Below the pieces are notes generated by a model. It made no database searches. It was not told the origin of the DNA and saw only the letters and a list, made by a program, of their open reading frames with translations. This document shows positions 34,898 to 35,944 of a stretch of DNA of 35,944 nucleotides, piece after piece. The first letter of the stretch is position 1. Each line of letters opens with the position of its first letter. Position numbers and translations under genes: made by a program. The stretch comes from Octopus bimaculoides (Eukaryota), in the NCBI RefSeq assembly GCF_001194135.2, contig NC_068982.1:94084937-94120880 (forward strand). Direction: 5' to 3'.

Positions 34898-35944
34898 TGA
34901 GCCCATCATTGCTGGCCCTGCTTGTGAAACCCACCGTTTGAGCAACTTCCTCGACATCTTACTCAAACCATTTCTAAAATATGTGAAAAGCTTCATCAAA
35001 GATGACTTAGACATGTTAAACTACATTCCGAATACAATAAATGAAGGAACCCTGTTAGTATCATTCGATATGGTGAATTTGTACACCAATATCCCACACG
35101 ATTATGGTATAGAAGCGATCACCTTCTGGCTAGAAAAATACCCACAAGAGATCCCAGGGCGCATCAACCACAGATTCATAATCGCAACACTCAAATTCAT
35201 CCTACTGAACAATTATTTCATGTTCGATACAGTTTAATATTGACAAAAATGTGGAATTGCAATGGGAACCCGAGCTGCTCCAGTAATTGCGAACCTTGTA
35301 ATGGGCTTAAAATATATCAATCACCACTACAAAAATATGGTACCTCTTTTCATTGCTATTTAAAGGAGAACTGGAAGAGGTACGTAGATGATTGCTTTAT
35401 ACTTTGGAAAGACAGCATGGACAAACTCCTCGATTTCAAACTAATGCTTAACAATATTAATAGCAACATACAATTCACCATGGAACATCAGTAAACAACT
35501 CCCTTTGACATCCTAATTAGAATAGTCAATAACCACATCGAAACAGACATCTTCTATAAACCCACAGATTCTATACAATACCTATTATTCAACTCATGCC
35601 ACCCCAAACACATAAGAATTAATATACCTTATAATCTAGCGAAAAGAATCTGTACCATAGTTTCGGACACCTATGCTCGTGAACGAAGACACCTTGAACT
35701 CAGATCAATACTAATCAAAAGACATTACCCAATATCATTAATAAATGATGGAATTAAACGAGCTAAGGAAATAGATATACAAACATTAAGGGAAGTCAAC
35801 CAAAATACTAAACCAGACTTAAAAATACTCCCATACATCTCCACACATAACCCTAGAAACAACGAAGCCTTTAACCTTATCATCCAAAATCTACCCATCC
35901 TCAAAAGAGATAAAACATTACGAAACCGGTATGCTTTTGAATCT
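34898..35944 (+). mobile_element. Neptune-type Penelope-like element RT fragment (runs off the window)
   Basis: PIIAGPACETHRLSNFLDILLKP, SFDMVNLYTNIPH, GIAMGTRAAP, WKRYVDDCF, DIFYKPTDS.QYLLFNSCHPKH..NIPYNLA.RI; starts right after (TA)n. Confidence 0.92.

Overview
Repeat-dense, AT-rich eukaryotic genomic DNA with five N gaps. It is probably from an octopus/coleoid cephalopod, inferred from recalled SINE families and microsatellite density. No intact host protein-coding gene is supported; most listed ORFs are microsatellite, gap or antisense artefacts. The window is a mosaic of decayed mobile elements: two Penelope/Poseidon-type insertions with inverted 3' arms, a Neptune-type Penelope fragment, two RLE-type LINE 3' ends lying in (CATA)n repeats, two old LINE RT relics, pogo/Tigger, two mariners, a DD37D (maT) element with TIRs, a Merlin remnant, a Helentron-like HINE and many tRNA-derived SINEs. 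The most notable signal is in the Penelope family. Its 3' terminal repeat carries a fixed cassette: ORF stop, tRNA(Ile-like) Pol III head, then a minimal hammerhead ribozyme. This is a SINE/retrozyme-like unit built into an autonomous PLE. All alignments and translations were done by eye, so boundaries are approximate (+/-10-30 bp).
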